Notes: generated from the letters alone by a model not told the origin. Shown: positions 28,122 to 38,057, numbered from the stretch's first letter. The stretch is 64,000 bases of DNA from Deltaproteobacteria bacterium (GCA_031396445.1 JANNKU010000149.1:30975-94974); one strand, 5' to 3'. Made by a program: numbers and translations.

Positions 28122-28541
28122 ATGCGATCCCTCGATGAATCGATCGAGCGCGCGGTGGCGATTCTCTCCGGAGAGCCGCGCGTGCGAGTCGTGTACCTCT
28201 TCGGCTCCGCAGCGCGCCCCGGCTCCATCCCGCCGCGCGACCTCGATCTCGCCGTCTGCGCCCGCCCGCCGCTATCGCTTCCCGAGCTGCTCCAGCTCCA
28301 GGGCCGCGCGCAAGAGGCGATCCACTTGCCGCTGGACCTGGTGAGCCTCGACGACGCTCCGATCGTCCTCGCACACGAGATCATCGAGGGTGGGCGCTGC
28401 CTCTACACCCGATCGCCCGACGACGAAACGGAGTTGGTGACGCGCACGCGGATGCGCTGGTGGGACTGGCTGCCCGTGCGCGAGCGCCAGTGGCAGGCGA
28501 GCGGCGAGCGTCTGGAGGATCGCGTTGGTTCTTCGGCCTGA
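28122..28541 (+). CDS. MNT-type nucleotidyltransferase (type VII TA antitoxin-like)
   Basis: The sequence YLFGSAARPGSIPPRDLDLAV carries the GSxxR...DxD NTase signature. The gene overlaps the downstream HEPN-like ORF. Confidence 0.85.
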   Translation: MRSLDESIERAVAILSGEPRVRVVYLFGSAARPGSIPPRDLDLAVCARPPLSLPELLQLQGRAQEAIHLPLDLVSLDDAPIVLAHEIIEGGRCLYTRSPDDETELVTRTRMRWWDWLPVRERQWQASGERLEDRVGSSA

Positions 28542-28854
28542 GTCCGTACGCGAGCGCCTGCTGCGGCTCGAGGAAGTTCTCTCGCGCCTCGAAGAGCTCC
28601 GGCGCGAAGGCGTTGATCCGCGCGGCGACTTCCGGCAGGCGTGGCTCGCTGAACGCGGCCTACAGCTGGCTGCCGAGATCGCGCTCGACATCGGGAACCA
28701 CATCCTGCCGCGACCGCGCAGGCATGGGCGGATCAATGCGTCGATCTCGCGTCACCATTCGGCTTCATCGACACCAATCCGGATCGGAGCGACGGGGTTC
28801 CCTGGTACGTCGGTGAGAACGCCTACGGTTCCAGTGGAGGCGCGACCGGCGTAG
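28525..28854 (+). pseudogene. HEPN/DUF86 (HepT-like) toxin gene, 3'-truncated
   Basis: TTG start. The first roughly 70 aa (ERLLRLEEVLSRLEELR...ERGLQLAAEIALDIGNHIL) look like DUF86. The sequence then degenerates near nt 28735, before the catalytic Rx4-6H motif would occur. Confidence 0.6.
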
Positions 28855-29162
28855 CGGCCGTCGCGCTCTGGGCCGCCGAGGTGCAGAGCTACGACTATGA
28901 CACCAATACCTGTTCGTCGGTCTGCAGCCACTACACGCAGATCGTGTGGGCCGCGAGCGAATTCGTCGGCTGCAGGATCTCCTCGTGTCCGGGTCTCAGC
29001 TTCGGGAACTCCGTGGTGTGCAACTACGGACCTGGCCGCAATACCGGCGGCAGACCCTACGCGGTGCCCGAGCCCTCGAGCGCAGCTTGCGCTGCCGGAG
29101 CAATCGCCGCGCTCGCGGCGCTCTGTCGGAGGCGGCGGGCGGTAACGCGTCAATTGACCTGA
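28791..29162 (+). pseudogene. 5'-truncated CAP/SCP/PR-1-like domain gene with PEP-CTERM tail
   Basis: My translation in the frame of ORF 28881 gives ...PWYVGENAYGSSGGATGVAAVALWAAEVQSYDYDTNTCSSVCSHYTQIVWAASEFVGC...VVCNYGPGRN, then VPEPSSAACAAGAIAALAALCRRRR. The N-terminal half of the CAP domain, the signal peptide and a start codon are all missing. Confidence 0.65.
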
Positions 29163-29190
29163 GTAGCTACACGAGGCTACTTTGGTTTCG

Positions 29191-29481
29191 ATGAAGGCGG
29201 TCGCCGTCAAAGAACTCAAGAACCGGCTCAGCGCCTATCTGCGCGAGGTGAAGAACGGCGAGGTCGTACTGGTGACCGATCGCGGCGTGGTCGTTGCCGA
29301 ACTCCGGCAGCCGAGCGCAGGCGCAGTGTTGGGCACGCACGACCAGATCCTGGAACGCCTCTGTGCGGAAGGCGTTCTTGCGCCGGGACTGCCCCAGGAT
29401 CCGCGCGCCTATCGGCCCTCGCCGCTGGGAGGCGCCGTCGCAAGCAGCGATCTCCTCGACGCCGAGCGCGGCGCGCGGTGA
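29191..29481 (+). CDS. Phd/YefM-family antitoxin
   Basis: MKAVAVKELKNRLSAYLREVKNGEVVLVTDRGVVVAEL is the classic Phd N-terminal fold. The stop overlaps the VapC start (GTGA). Confidence 0.8.
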   Translation: MKAVAVKELKNRLSAYLREVKNGEVVLVTDRGVVVAELRQPSAGAVLGTHDQILERLCAEGVLAPGLPQDPRAYRPSPLGGAVASSDLLDAERGAR

Positions 29482-29909
29482 CGCTTTACGCGGAGACGAG
29501 CGCTGTGTTGCGTTGGCTCTTTGCCGAGGACGGCGGCGAGGCGATCCGAGCGGCGCTCGCTGCGGCGGAGAAAGTCACTTCGTCGCGCCTGGCGTTGATC
29601 GAGACGCGCCGCGTAGTGCGACGCGCAGAGCGCGAGGGGCGCATCACCGCGGCGCAAAGCGCCGACCTGCGCGCCCTCTTCGCCCAAGCCGTCTCTACTT
29701 GGGCAATCGTCGAGATCTCGGAAGCGATCGCGCGACGCGCCGAAGAAGGGTTTCCGAACGAGCCCGTGCGCACGCTGGACGCCATCCACCTCGCGAGCGC
29801 CCTCTTCCTGCGCGAGTCGTTCCCCGCCCTCGTCATGCTGACCGCCGACGAACGCGTCCGCGCCAACGCCGTGCTCCTCGGTTTTTCGGCTGAGGTGCCT
29901 CGCGTATGA
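29478..29909 (+). CDS. vapC: PIN-domain ribonuclease toxin VapC
   Basis: The acidic quartet context is LYAETSAV (a variant first acidic position), SSRLALIETRRV, LDAIHLASAL and LTADERV. Confidence 0.82.
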   Translation: MTLYAETSAVLRWLFAEDGGEAIRAALAAAEKVTSSRLALIETRRVVRRAEREGRITAAQSADLRALFAQAVSTWAIVEISEAIARRAEEGFPNEPVRTLDAIHLASALFLRESFPALVMLTADERVRANAVLLGFSAEVPRV

Positions 29910-29931
29910 AAAATCTGCGCGTACCGGCGCT

Positions 29932-32900
29932 TTGAGCTTCGTCGCCAAACTCCAACGCGCCCGGGACGTCCTCGAACAACAGGGGCGTCTCTCCGTCCGC
30001 GCGCTGGCCCGCGAACTCGACCTCGCCGGCGACGAGCTCGAGGAGCTGATCAGCGAGCTGGTCGACGTGCAACGCGTGGCACTCCGCGAGGACGCCGTCC
30101 TCGTCTGGGCGAACCCTCGGGCCGCCGCAGATCCCGCGCCTCGGCGCCCGGCACCCGATCCGCGCTCGTACACCCCGAAGCACCTCGCCGAGAAGATCCT
30201 GCAATCGAAGTCCGCGCTCGAAGGAGAGCGCAAGCAGGTGACCGTCTTGTTCGCGGACGTGAAGGGTTCGCTGGAACTCGCCGAGCAACTCGACGCCGAA
30301 GTGTGGCACCGCATTCTCGAGCGCTTCTTCGAGATCCTCGCCGAAGGCGTCCACCGCTTCGAAGGCACCGTCAACCAATACACCGGCGACGGCATCATGG
30401 CGCTCTTCGGCGCACCCATATCTCATGAGGATCACGCGCAGCGCGCTTGCTACGCGGCGCTGCACCTGCGCGACACGCTGAAGACCTACGCCGATGCGCT
30501 GCGCATCGAGCATGGGCTCAACTTCTCGGTGCGCATGGGCATCAACTCGGGGGAGGTCGTGGTCGGCAAGATCGGCGACGACTTGCGCATGGACTACACC
30601 GCACAGGGCCACACGGTCGGGCTCGCGCAACGCATGGAGACGCTCGCCGAGTCGGGCAAAGCGCTGCTCGCGGCCAGCACGATCGACATCGTCCATGGCT
30701 ATTTTGCGCTGCGCGATCTCGGCGCGATGAATGTGAAAGGCCTCGATGCGCCCGTGCGAGTCGCCGAGCTCGAAGGCGTCGGGCGGATGCGCACGCGCCT
30801 CGATCGATCGCGGGCGCGTGGGCTCTCGAAGTTCGTCGGCCGTGACGAAGAGATGGGACGCCTCGAGACGGCGCTGCGCCGTGCACTCGACGGCGACGGG
30901 CAGGTGATCGGCGTGATGGCCGAAGCCGGCTCCGGGAAATCGCGGCTCTGCTTCGAGTTTCTCGAGCGCTGTCGATCGCAGGGCATCACCGTGCGCACCA
31001 CGACTGGTGTGCCTCACGGCCGCGCGGTGCCGCTGCAGCCGATCCTCGAGTTCTACCGCGAGATCTTCGGGATCGAGCAAAGCGACAGCGACGTGCAAGC
31101 GCGCCAGAAGATTGCCGGCAGCATCGCGCAGGCGGCGCCCGAAGAACTCGGCTGGCTCCCGCTGCTCTTCGACTTCATGCGCGTGCCCGACCCCGCGCAG
31201 CCGGCCCCCGATCTTTCGCCCGACGAGCGGATGCGCGCATTGATCGCGCTGCTGCGCCGCATCACCGCGGCGCGCAGTCGGCGCGAGCCCGCGGTGCTGG
31301 TCTTCGAAGATCTGCATTGGATCGACGCCGACACCGAAGTGATCATCGAAGGCTTCGTCGATGTCGCGGCGGGCACCCGCACGCTGATCCTGCTCAACTT
31401 CCGTCCCGAGTACCGCGCGAGCTGGGTCGGGCGCACGCACTACCAGCAGATCGCGCTGCGCCCGCTCGATGCCGCCGCCGCGGGCGAACTGCTCGGCGAT
31501 TGGCTCGGCGCGCACGCTTCCCTCGCCGGCTTCGTCGAACTCGTCTGCAAGCGCACCGGCGGAAATCCCTTCTTCATGGAGGAAGTGGTGCAAGCGCAGA
31601 TCGAGTCGGGCGCGCTCGTCGGCGCGCGCGGGCATTTCGAGCTGGCGCACCCGATCGACAGCATCGAGGTGCCGGCGAGTGTGCAGAGCCTGCTCGCGGC
31701 GCGCATCGATCGCCTCGACGAGGCGAGCAAGCGCCTGTTGCAGACCGTGGCGGTAGTCGGTGATGAGGTGGCCGAGACGCTGCTCGAACGCGTGGCCGAA
31801 CTCGATCGCGATGCGCTGCGCAGCACCGTACGCTCTTTGGTGCAGAGCGAGTTTCTCTACGAGGCGTCGCTCTACCCGGAGAGCGAGTACGCGTTCAAGC
31901 ATCCGCTCACGCGCGAGGTGGCGTATGCATCGCTGCTGCGCGAGCGGCGGCACGCGCTGCACGCAGCGGTGGCAACGACGCTCGAAGCGCTCGCCGGCGA
32001 TGCGGCCGATCAACGCGCGCCGCTGCTCGCGCACCACTGGGAACAGGCGGGGCGCCCGCTCGAATCCGCGCGCTGGCAAGCGCGCACCGCGGCGCGGCTC
32101 GGCCTGAACGCGGGGGAGTCGATCTTCCACTGGCGCAAGGTGACGGAGCTGCTCGCTGCGGAGAGCGGCACACCGGAGGCGCGCGCGCTGCTCGGTCAGG
32201 CGCGTTCCCGATTGGTGTACGCCGCGGGGCGCAGCGCGGCACCGGAGGCCGAGGTGGCGACACTTTTCGCGGAAGCGCGTCGCGAGCTCGGCGAAGCGGA
32301 CTCGCGCGAACTAGCCTGGACGCTCGCCACCTACGGCATCGTGCGCAACGCGGCTGGCAACGTCGAAGAGGCGCGGCGTCTGAATGCCGAGGCCCTGGCG
32401 ATGGCACGGCGCCTAGAGGATCTCCCTCTGCTCGCAGCGACGCTGGCAGCCGGCATCGCGATCACGCCCGCGTCCGAGTTTCCGGAGCAATGCGCGCAGC
32501 TGATCACCGAGGTCGGGAGCCTGAGCGCCAAAGATCCGTCGCTCGGCGAGGAACTGCTCGGGTTTCGTCCCTCGGCCGCAGCCAACACGGCTTCCCTCTT
32601 TGCGCACTTCCGCTTCGGCCGCGGTGGCGAGATGGAGCCGCTGCTGGCCGCATGGCGGAGCAGCGTCGGCGATAGCCGCAACGCGATTGATCAGGTCTGG
32701 CTTCACAACGGCTTCACCTCGGTGCGCGCGGCGCGGGGCGACGTGAACGGCGCACTCGAACACGGTCGCCAGACCCTCGAGTGGGCGATGCAGTCGCAGA
32801 ACCTCTTCATTCGGGTGGTTGGACATTCCGCGCGGGGCCGAGGGCTACTCGCTGCGGGTCGGTTCGACGAGGCGCTCGAGTACCTCGAACCGGCGTTGAT

Positions 32901-33330
32901 GCTCGCAGTGGACCGCGGCGTCGCCCGAGGCTTTGCAGTCGCCGTTTGCCTTCCGCTCCTCGTCGAGATCCAGCTGCGGCGTGGCGACATCGCCGCCGCA
33001 CGCGCCGCGGCCGAGCGCGGCATCGAGATTGCCCGCGCCATGGGATACCGACACGCAGAAGCGTCCAACGGGATTTCGCTGGCGCGAGCGCTGGTCGCTG
33101 GCGGCGACGCCGCGGGCGCAGAGGCGACGCTCGCATCCGCGGCGGAGTCCGCAAGCGCGTTGAACGCGCGCGATCTGCTGCCGCGCGTCGAGGAAGCGCG
33201 CGCCGAGATCTCGCGACACCGCAACGACGACGCCGGCTGCGAGCATGCTCTGCGCGCCGCGGCGCGGCTGCACCGCGAAAACGGCGAGGAATGGCTCGCG
33301 ACGCAGGCCGAGGCGAAGATCACCTCGTGA
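29932..33330 (+). CDS. wHTH-like N-domain / class III cyclase / STAND P-loop NTPase / TPR protein (paralog 2)
   Basis: The TTG start is supported by colinear alignment with the 27783 fragment. The cyclase core is ERKQVTVLFADVKGS...YTGDGIMALFGAP, Walker A is AEAGSGKSRL, LVFEDLHWID is present, and a long helical-repeat C-terminus follows. Confidence 0.92.
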   Translation: MSFVAKLQRARDVLEQQGRLSVRALARELDLAGDELEELISELVDVQRVALREDAVLVWANPRAAADPAPRRPAPDPRSYTPKHLAEKILQSKSALEGERKQVTVLFADVKGSLELAEQLDAEVWHRILERFFEILAEGVHRFEGTVNQYTGDGIMALFGAPISHEDHAQRACYAALHLRDTLKTYADALRIEHGLNFSVRMGINSGEVVVGKIGDDLRMDYTAQGHTVGLAQRMETLAESGKALLAASTIDIVHGYFALRDLGAMNVKGLDAPVRVAELEGVGRMRTRLDRSRARGLSKFVGRDEEMGRLETALRRALDGDGQVIGVMAEAGSGKSRLCFEFLERCRSQGITVRTTTGVPHGRAVPLQPILEFYREIFGIEQSDSDVQARQKIAGSIAQAAPEELGWLPLLFDFMRVPDPAQPAPDLSPDERMRALIALLRRITAARSRREPAVLVFEDLHWIDADTEVIIEGFVDVAAGTRTLILLNFRPEYRASWVGRTHYQQIALRPLDAAAAGELLGDWLGAHASLAGFVELVCKRTGGNPFFMEEVVQAQIESGALVGARGHFELAHPIDSIEVPASVQSLLAARIDRLDEASKRLLQTVAVVGDEVAETLLERVAELDRDALRSTVRSLVQSEFLYEASLYPESEYAFKHPLTREVAYASLLRERRHALHAAVATTLEALAGDAADQRAPLLAHHWEQAGRPLESARWQARTAARLGLNAGESIFHWRKVTELLAAESGTPEARALLGQARSRLVYAAGRSAAPEAEVATLFAEARRELGEADSRELAWTLATYGIVRNAAGNVEEARRLNAEALAMARRLEDLPLLAATLAAGIAITPASEFPEQCAQLITEVGSLSAKDPSLGEELLGFRPSAAANTASLFAHFRFGRGGEMEPLLAAWRSSVGDSRNAIDQVWLHNGFTSVRAARGDVNGALEHGRQTLEWAMQSQNLFIRVVGHSARGRGLLAAGRFDEALEYLEPALMLAVDRGVARGFAVAVCLPLLVEIQLRRGDIAAARAAAERGIEIARAMGYRHAEASNGISLARALVAGGDAAGAEATLASAAESASALNARDLLPRVEEARAEISRHRNDDAGCEHALRAAARLHRENGEEWLATQAEAKITS
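30157..30238 (+). repeat. 82-nt conserved linker repeat (copy B)
   Basis: See copy A at 28002-28083. Confidence 0.85.
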
Positions 33331-33404
33331 TCCGTGCCAGTCGCGAGCGCGCGATTCGCAGTCGCGGTGTGTACTGCGCCGATGCTCGAGTCATTGGAGG
33401 CTCC

Positions 33405-34586
33405 ATGACGATGCTGCGACGCTCGCGATTCTCGGTTCTGCTCAGCGCGATGTTCGCGGCGCTCGTCCTGCCGATCGCGTCGAGCGCGCAGGACTCACTC
33501 GACGCGACGCTCCAGCCCTACCTCGCGAAATACGACATGCCTGCGCTCGCAGCGGCAGTGTTCCGCGACGGCACGATCGTCGCGGTCGGCGCGGTCGGCA
33601 CGCGCCGCGCGGGCGCTGCGATTCCCATCACGCGCGACGATCGCTTCCACCTCGGCTCCGACACCAAGGCGATGACGTCGCTGCTGGCGGGCATGCTCGT
33701 CGAAGAAGGCAAGCTGCGCTGGGACACGACGATCGCCGAGGTGTTCCCCGAGCTCGCGCCGAAGATGGACAAGCGACTCGCGAAAGTGACGCTCGAGCAC
33801 TTGCTCTCGCACACCGGCGGCATTCCGGGCGACGACGACGTCATCGAGGCGCTGGTGGCGAAGTCACTCGTGCAGCCCGGCAACCTCGACTCGATGCGTC
33901 TCTGGCTGGTCGCCGAGTTGGTGAAGCGACCGCTCGCCTTCAAGCCGGGCACCGACTGGCTCTACTCGAACATGGGTTACGTGATCGCCGGCGCGATTCT
34001 CGAGCGCAAGACCGGTCGCACCTGGGAAGAGCTCGTGACCGAACGCGTCTTCGCGCCGCTCGACCTCGCGACCGCCGGCATCGGCCCGCAAGCGTCGATG
34101 GGTCGCATCGATGCGCCGCTCGCGCACGATCAGAAGGACGGCAAGCCCGTGCCGATGCTGGCGGGGCCGAACGGCGATGTTCCGCCGACGATGGCGCCGG
34201 CCGGCGCCGCACACATGTCGGTGCTCGACTTCGCGCGCTGGGCGGCGTGGAACGCGGGCGAAGGCAAGCGCGGCCCGGCGCTCGTCACGCCGGCAACGCT
34301 GAAGAAGCTGCACACGCCGGTGATCTCGATGACGCGCGAGAAGCCGGCGCCGGGTACACCGCCGAGCGGTCGCTACGCACTCGGCTGGGGCGAGGTGACG
34401 CTCGACTGGACGCCCGAACCCTTCGTCTTTCACGGCGGCTCGAACACGATGAACATCGCCTACGTGTTCTTCCAGTCCGCACGCGACTACGGAATGGTTC
34501 TCGTGACCAACGTGGGCGGTACCAAAGCCGACGATGGCTTGAAGGCGCTCGTGAAGGAACTCGACGACCGCTACGGCAAGCGCTGA
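33405..34586 (+). CDS. Serine hydrolase, beta-lactamase/transpeptidase-like (class C/esterase family), secreted
   Basis: Signal peptide MTMLRRSRFSVLLSAMFAALVLPIASSAQ. The SxxK motif appears in FHLGSDTKAM, followed by YSNMGY (the YxN motif) and a later HGGS. Confidence 0.9.
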   Translation: MTMLRRSRFSVLLSAMFAALVLPIASSAQDSLDATLQPYLAKYDMPALAAAVFRDGTIVAVGAVGTRRAGAAIPITRDDRFHLGSDTKAMTSLLAGMLVEEGKLRWDTTIAEVFPELAPKMDKRLAKVTLEHLLSHTGGIPGDDDVIEALVAKSLVQPGNLDSMRLWLVAELVKRPLAFKPGTDWLYSNMGYVIAGAILERKTGRTWEELVTERVFAPLDLATAGIGPQASMGRIDAPLAHDQKDGKPVPMLAGPNGDVPPTMAPAGAAHMSVLDFARWAAWNAGEGKRGPALVTPATLKKLHTPVISMTREKPAPGTPPSGRYALGWGEVTLDWTPEPFVFHGGSNTMNIAYVFFQSARDYGMVLVTNVGGTKADDGLKALVKELDDRYGKR

Positions 34587-34674
34587 CCGCAGCGGGAGAG
34601 CCGAGCGCTGCATGGGGCGTCCTTCGATGGCGCAGAGTGGATGCAGCGGAATCCAACGCGATCGACGCGGCGCT

Positions 34675-35868
34675 TCAGATGGCGACAGGCAGTCGCGACG
34701 GAGCGCGGCCGAGCACCTGCACCCATTCGATGGCATCGGGGTCGGCGTCGAGCGTGGGCGCCAGCGCGCTGACGCCGCGCACGACTTCTTCCAGCGTCAT
34801 GCGCGCGAGCGATGCGCCGAGGCAGTAGTGCGGGCCGCCGCCGAACGACAGCAGCCGCGGCGCACTCGCTTCGGTGAAGCGGCGCACGACGAACGCGTTC
34901 GGGTCCTGCCACACCTCGGCGTCGCGATTGGCGGTGAGGAAGGAGCACATCACGATGGAGCCTGCGGGACGCATCGCTCCGCAGATCTCCATCGGCGCGG
35001 CGACGGTGCGCGGTGCGCCCGCGATGCTCGGCTCGAAGCGGATCGTCTCGCTGACCAGCGCACCCAGCAGCGACGGTTCGGAGCGGAGCTCCTGCAGCGC
35101 GTTCGGCTGCGTGAGCAGCGTCAGCACGGTGCAGCCGATCTGACTCGCCGTGGTGTCGTGACCGCCGACGAGCAGGTTCGCCACCATCGTGACCGTCTCG
35201 TCGCGGGTGAGGCGATCGCCGTCGCTCTCGGCGCGGAGCAACGACGTCATCAGGTCGTCGGCCGGCGCGTGGCTGCGTTCCTCGACGAGCCGTCGGAGGT
35301 AGCCGAGCAGTTCTTCGATCGCGGCGGTGGCAGCCGCGATCTGCGCGGGCTCCATGAACAGGAAGACGGGACTCAACGCATCGACCCACGCGATGAACTC
35401 CGGAACGGCAGCCGCCGGGACGCCGACCAGCGAGCACATCACGTGCATCGGGAGACCCGCGAAGGCCGCGACGAGATCGCCCTTGCCAGCTTCGCGAACG
35501 ATCGCCAGTCGCTCGCTCACGCTCGCAGCAGCGATCGGCCGCAGCCGATCGACCGCGCGCGGCGTGAATGCCTTCGAGACGAGGCGCCGCAGCCGATCAT
35601 GCGCGGCGCCGTCGTTGGTGAACATCAGCGCGCCGTACCACGCGCGCAGCGGCCCGTCGCTGATGCCCATCCGGTCGAAGAGCGAGAGGCCGACACCGTG
35701 CAGCTTCGGCTCGTGCAAGATCCGCTCGATCTCGCGCTGGCGCAGCACGTAGATCATCCCGGTCACCTCTTCGATCACCGAAGGGCCGCGCTCCGCGGCG
35801 GCGAGCATCTGCTGCTTCCAGACGCGCGGGTCGAGCCCCATGGCGAGCGGAATCGTCTCTTCGGTCAC
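34675..35868 (-). CDS. Cytochrome P450
   Basis: The GTG start overlaps the PQQ-ADH stop (GTGA); an alternative ATG lies at 35841. Hallmarks are the I-helix VGGHDTTAS, ExxR (SETIRFE) and the heme loop FGGGPHYCLGASLA. Confidence 0.9.
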   Translation of the reverse strand: MTEETIPLAMGLDPRVWKQQMLAAAERGPSVIEEVTGMIYVLRQREIERILHEPKLHGVGLSLFDRMGISDGPLRAWYGALMFTNDGAAHDRLRRLVSKAFTPRAVDRLRPIAAASVSERLAIVREAGKGDLVAAFAGLPMHVMCSLVGVPAAAVPEFIAWVDALSPVFLFMEPAQIAAATAAIEELLGYLRRLVEERSHAPADDLMTSLLRAESDGDRLTRDETVTMVANLLVGGHDTTASQIGCTVLTLLTQPNALQELRSEPSLLGALVSETIRFEPSIAGAPRTVAAPMEICGAMRPAGSIVMCSFLTANRDAEVWQDPNAFVVRRFTEASAPRLLSFGGGPHYCLGASLARMTLEEVVRGVSALAPTLDADPDAIEWVQVLGRAPSRLPVAI

Positions 35869-38057
35869 GGTTGGATCTCCTTGCTCGCGTTGCTCTCCGC
35901 CTTCGTTTCGTGCGCGCGCTGGATCACGTAGGCATGAATCGAGGTGGCGTCGTCCGCACTCAGCAGATCCGCGAAGCTCGCCATGCCTTTGTGCGCACGC
36001 GTGCCGCCGAGCACGATGTCGTTGAAACGCGCATGCGTGTCGGGCGAGGCGTAGCGGAGATCCGGCGTGACGCCGGCGCCTACGGCAAGGACGCCGTGAC
36101 ACATCAAGCAGTAGCGGTGGAAGAGCGCGCTGCCGCGATCCGCCGCGCCAGGCGGAGCGCCGAGTTCGGGCAGTGGGTCGGCGATCTCGAGTTTGCGCAC
36201 GGGGACCTCCGGTAGCGTCCCCGTCGCGTCGAGTGCGAACGTAAAGAGATGGCCCTGGTTCAGGTAGCGACTCGCGGCCGAGATGCCGGCATCGTTGCCT
36301 TCGATCACGCCACCGCCACCCCAACCGGCCAGCACGCTCACGTACTGCTTGCCATCGACGCTGTACGAGATCGGCGGCGCGACGATGCCGATCTTCGTCG
36401 TGATGTCCCAGAGCTTCTCGCCGCTGTCGGCGGCGTACGCAGCGAAGTGTCCGTCGCTCGTACCCTGGAACACCAGTCCGCCCGCCGTCGAGAGCACGCC
36501 GCCGTTGAAGGAGCCGGGGTGTTTCACGCTCCAGGCCACCTTCTGTTTGACCGGATCCCATGCTTTCAACTCGCCCCATGCAGCCGGCATCTCCGCCGCG
36601 TGCTTCGCCAGCAGCGCTGGGAAGTTCCGAAGGTCGAGGCCGAGATTCCAGGCGCCCTTCACTGGCTTGAAGGCGGGATCGATCGCGTAGAGCATCCCGA
36701 GTTCGAGCACGGGGATGTAGACGAGCTTCGTGTCCGGGTCGTACGACATCGGGTGCCAGAGATGTCCACCATTCGGTGACGGCAGCACCCAACGCGGGCG
36801 CTCATCGTAATTGGCTTCCCCCGTCTCGACGGGACGTCCGGTCTTCTTGTCCACGCGGCTCGCCCAGTTCACGCGCACGAATTTCTCGGCCGAGAGCAAC
36901 TCGCCGGTCGCGCGATCGAGCACGTAGAAGAAGCCGTTCTTCGGCGCCTGCATCAGCACTTTGCGCGGCACGCCGTTCCATTCGAGGTCGGCGAGCACGA
37001 TCTGCTGCACGGCGGTGTAGTCCCAGTTGTCGCCGGGCGTCGTCTGGTAGTGCCATACGAGTCGACCGGTATCCGGCCGCAGCGCGAGGATCGACGAGAG
37101 ATAGAGATTGTCGCCGCCACCCGGAGAGCGCAGCTTGCGACTCCACGGCGAACCGTTGCCCGTGCCCACGTAGAGCAGATCGAGTTCGGCGTCGTACGCC
37201 ATCGAATCCCACGCGGTGCCGCCGCCGCCGCTCTCCCACCAGCGGCCGTTCCACGTCTTCGCAGCGGCTTCGAGTTCCAGATGCTCGAAGGGCTGCGAGG
37301 GATCACCGGGAACGGTGTAGAAGCGCCAGACCTGCGCGCCCGTCTCGGCATCGTACGCGGTCACGTAGCCGCGCACGCCGTACTCTGCGCCGCCATTGCC
37401 GATCAGGACTTTGCCCTTCACGACGCGCGGTGCGCCGGTGATCGTGTAGGGCTTGTCGCGATCGATCGTGTTCTGTTCCCAGACGACCGCGCCCGTGCCA
37501 GCGTCGAGCGCGACGAGGCGTCCGTCGAGCGTGCCGACGTACACCCTGCCCTTCCAGACTGCGACGCCGCGGTTCACCACGTCGCAGCACGCGTTGCGCG
37601 CCCATGCGGGCGGCACCTTGGGATCGTGCGTCCACAACACGGCGCCGCTGCGCGCATCGAGCGCCTTCACGACGCTCCACGGCAGCGACACGAAGATCGT
37701 GCCATCGACGACGATCGGCGTCGCCTCGTGACCGCGTCCCACTCCCGTGTCGAACGACCACGCGAGCCCGAGCTTCGCAACGTTGGAGCGATCGATCTCG
37801 CGGAGTGGCGAGAAGCGCTGCTCGTCGTAGCTGCGTCCGTGCGCGAGCCAGTTGCCCGGCTCGGTGTCGGCGGCGCCGATCCGCGCGCCATCGACCGTTG
37901 CGGTACGCGTGCGAATCGAATCGGCGCGCGCCGATCGCGCCGCACTCTGCGACGCGAGCGCATCGCCGGACGTCTCGCGCCCGCCGCAGCCGGTGGCGCC
38001 GAGCCAGACAGCCAGCGACAGGAGAGCCATCCACTCGCTGAGCCGAGGACATCGCAT
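35865..38057 (-). CDS. PQQ-dependent quinohemoprotein alcohol dehydrogenase (type II, C-terminal cytochrome c)
   Basis: Begins GNWLAHGRSYDEQRFSPL. It has the vicinal-Cys motif NACCDVVNRG and W-motif propeller repeats. The C-terminal CLMCHG (CxxCH) is a heme c site. There is a possible lipoprotein signal (LGATGC). Confidence 0.93.
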   Translation of the reverse strand: MRCPRLSEWMALLSLAVWLGATGCGGRETSGDALASQSAARSARADSIRTRTATVDGARIGAADTEPGNWLAHGRSYDEQRFSPLREIDRSNVAKLGLAWSFDTGVGRGHEATPIVVDGTIFVSLPWSVVKALDARSGAVLWTHDPKVPPAWARNACCDVVNRGVAVWKGRVYVGTLDGRLVALDAGTGAVVWEQNTIDRDKPYTITGAPRVVKGKVLIGNGGAEYGVRGYVTAYDAETGAQVWRFYTVPGDPSQPFEHLELEAAAKTWNGRWWESGGGGTAWDSMAYDAELDLLYVGTGNGSPWSRKLRSPGGGDNLYLSSILALRPDTGRLVWHYQTTPGDNWDYTAVQQIVLADLEWNGVPRKVLMQAPKNGFFYVLDRATGELLSAEKFVRVNWASRVDKKTGRPVETGEANYDERPRWVLPSPNGGHLWHPMSYDPDTKLVYIPVLELGMLYAIDPAFKPVKGAWNLGLDLRNFPALLAKHAAEMPAAWGELKAWDPVKQKVAWSVKHPGSFNGGVLSTAGGLVFQGTSDGHFAAYAADSGEKLWDITTKIGIVAPPISYSVDGKQYVSVLAGWGGGGVIEGNDAGISAASRYLNQGHLFTFALDATGTLPEVPVRKLEIADPLPELGAPPGAADRGSALFHRYCLMCHGVLAVGAGVTPDLRYASPDTHARFNDIVLGGTRAHKGMASFADLLSADDATSIHAYVIQRAHETKAESNASKEIQP

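Noticed and set aside
28084-29931. Calling the TA/fragment island a mobile element
   Set aside because: No transposase, integrase, recombinase, tRNA target or terminal inverted repeats are visible, only gene fragments and TA modules. The mosaic structure is reported as a finding instead.
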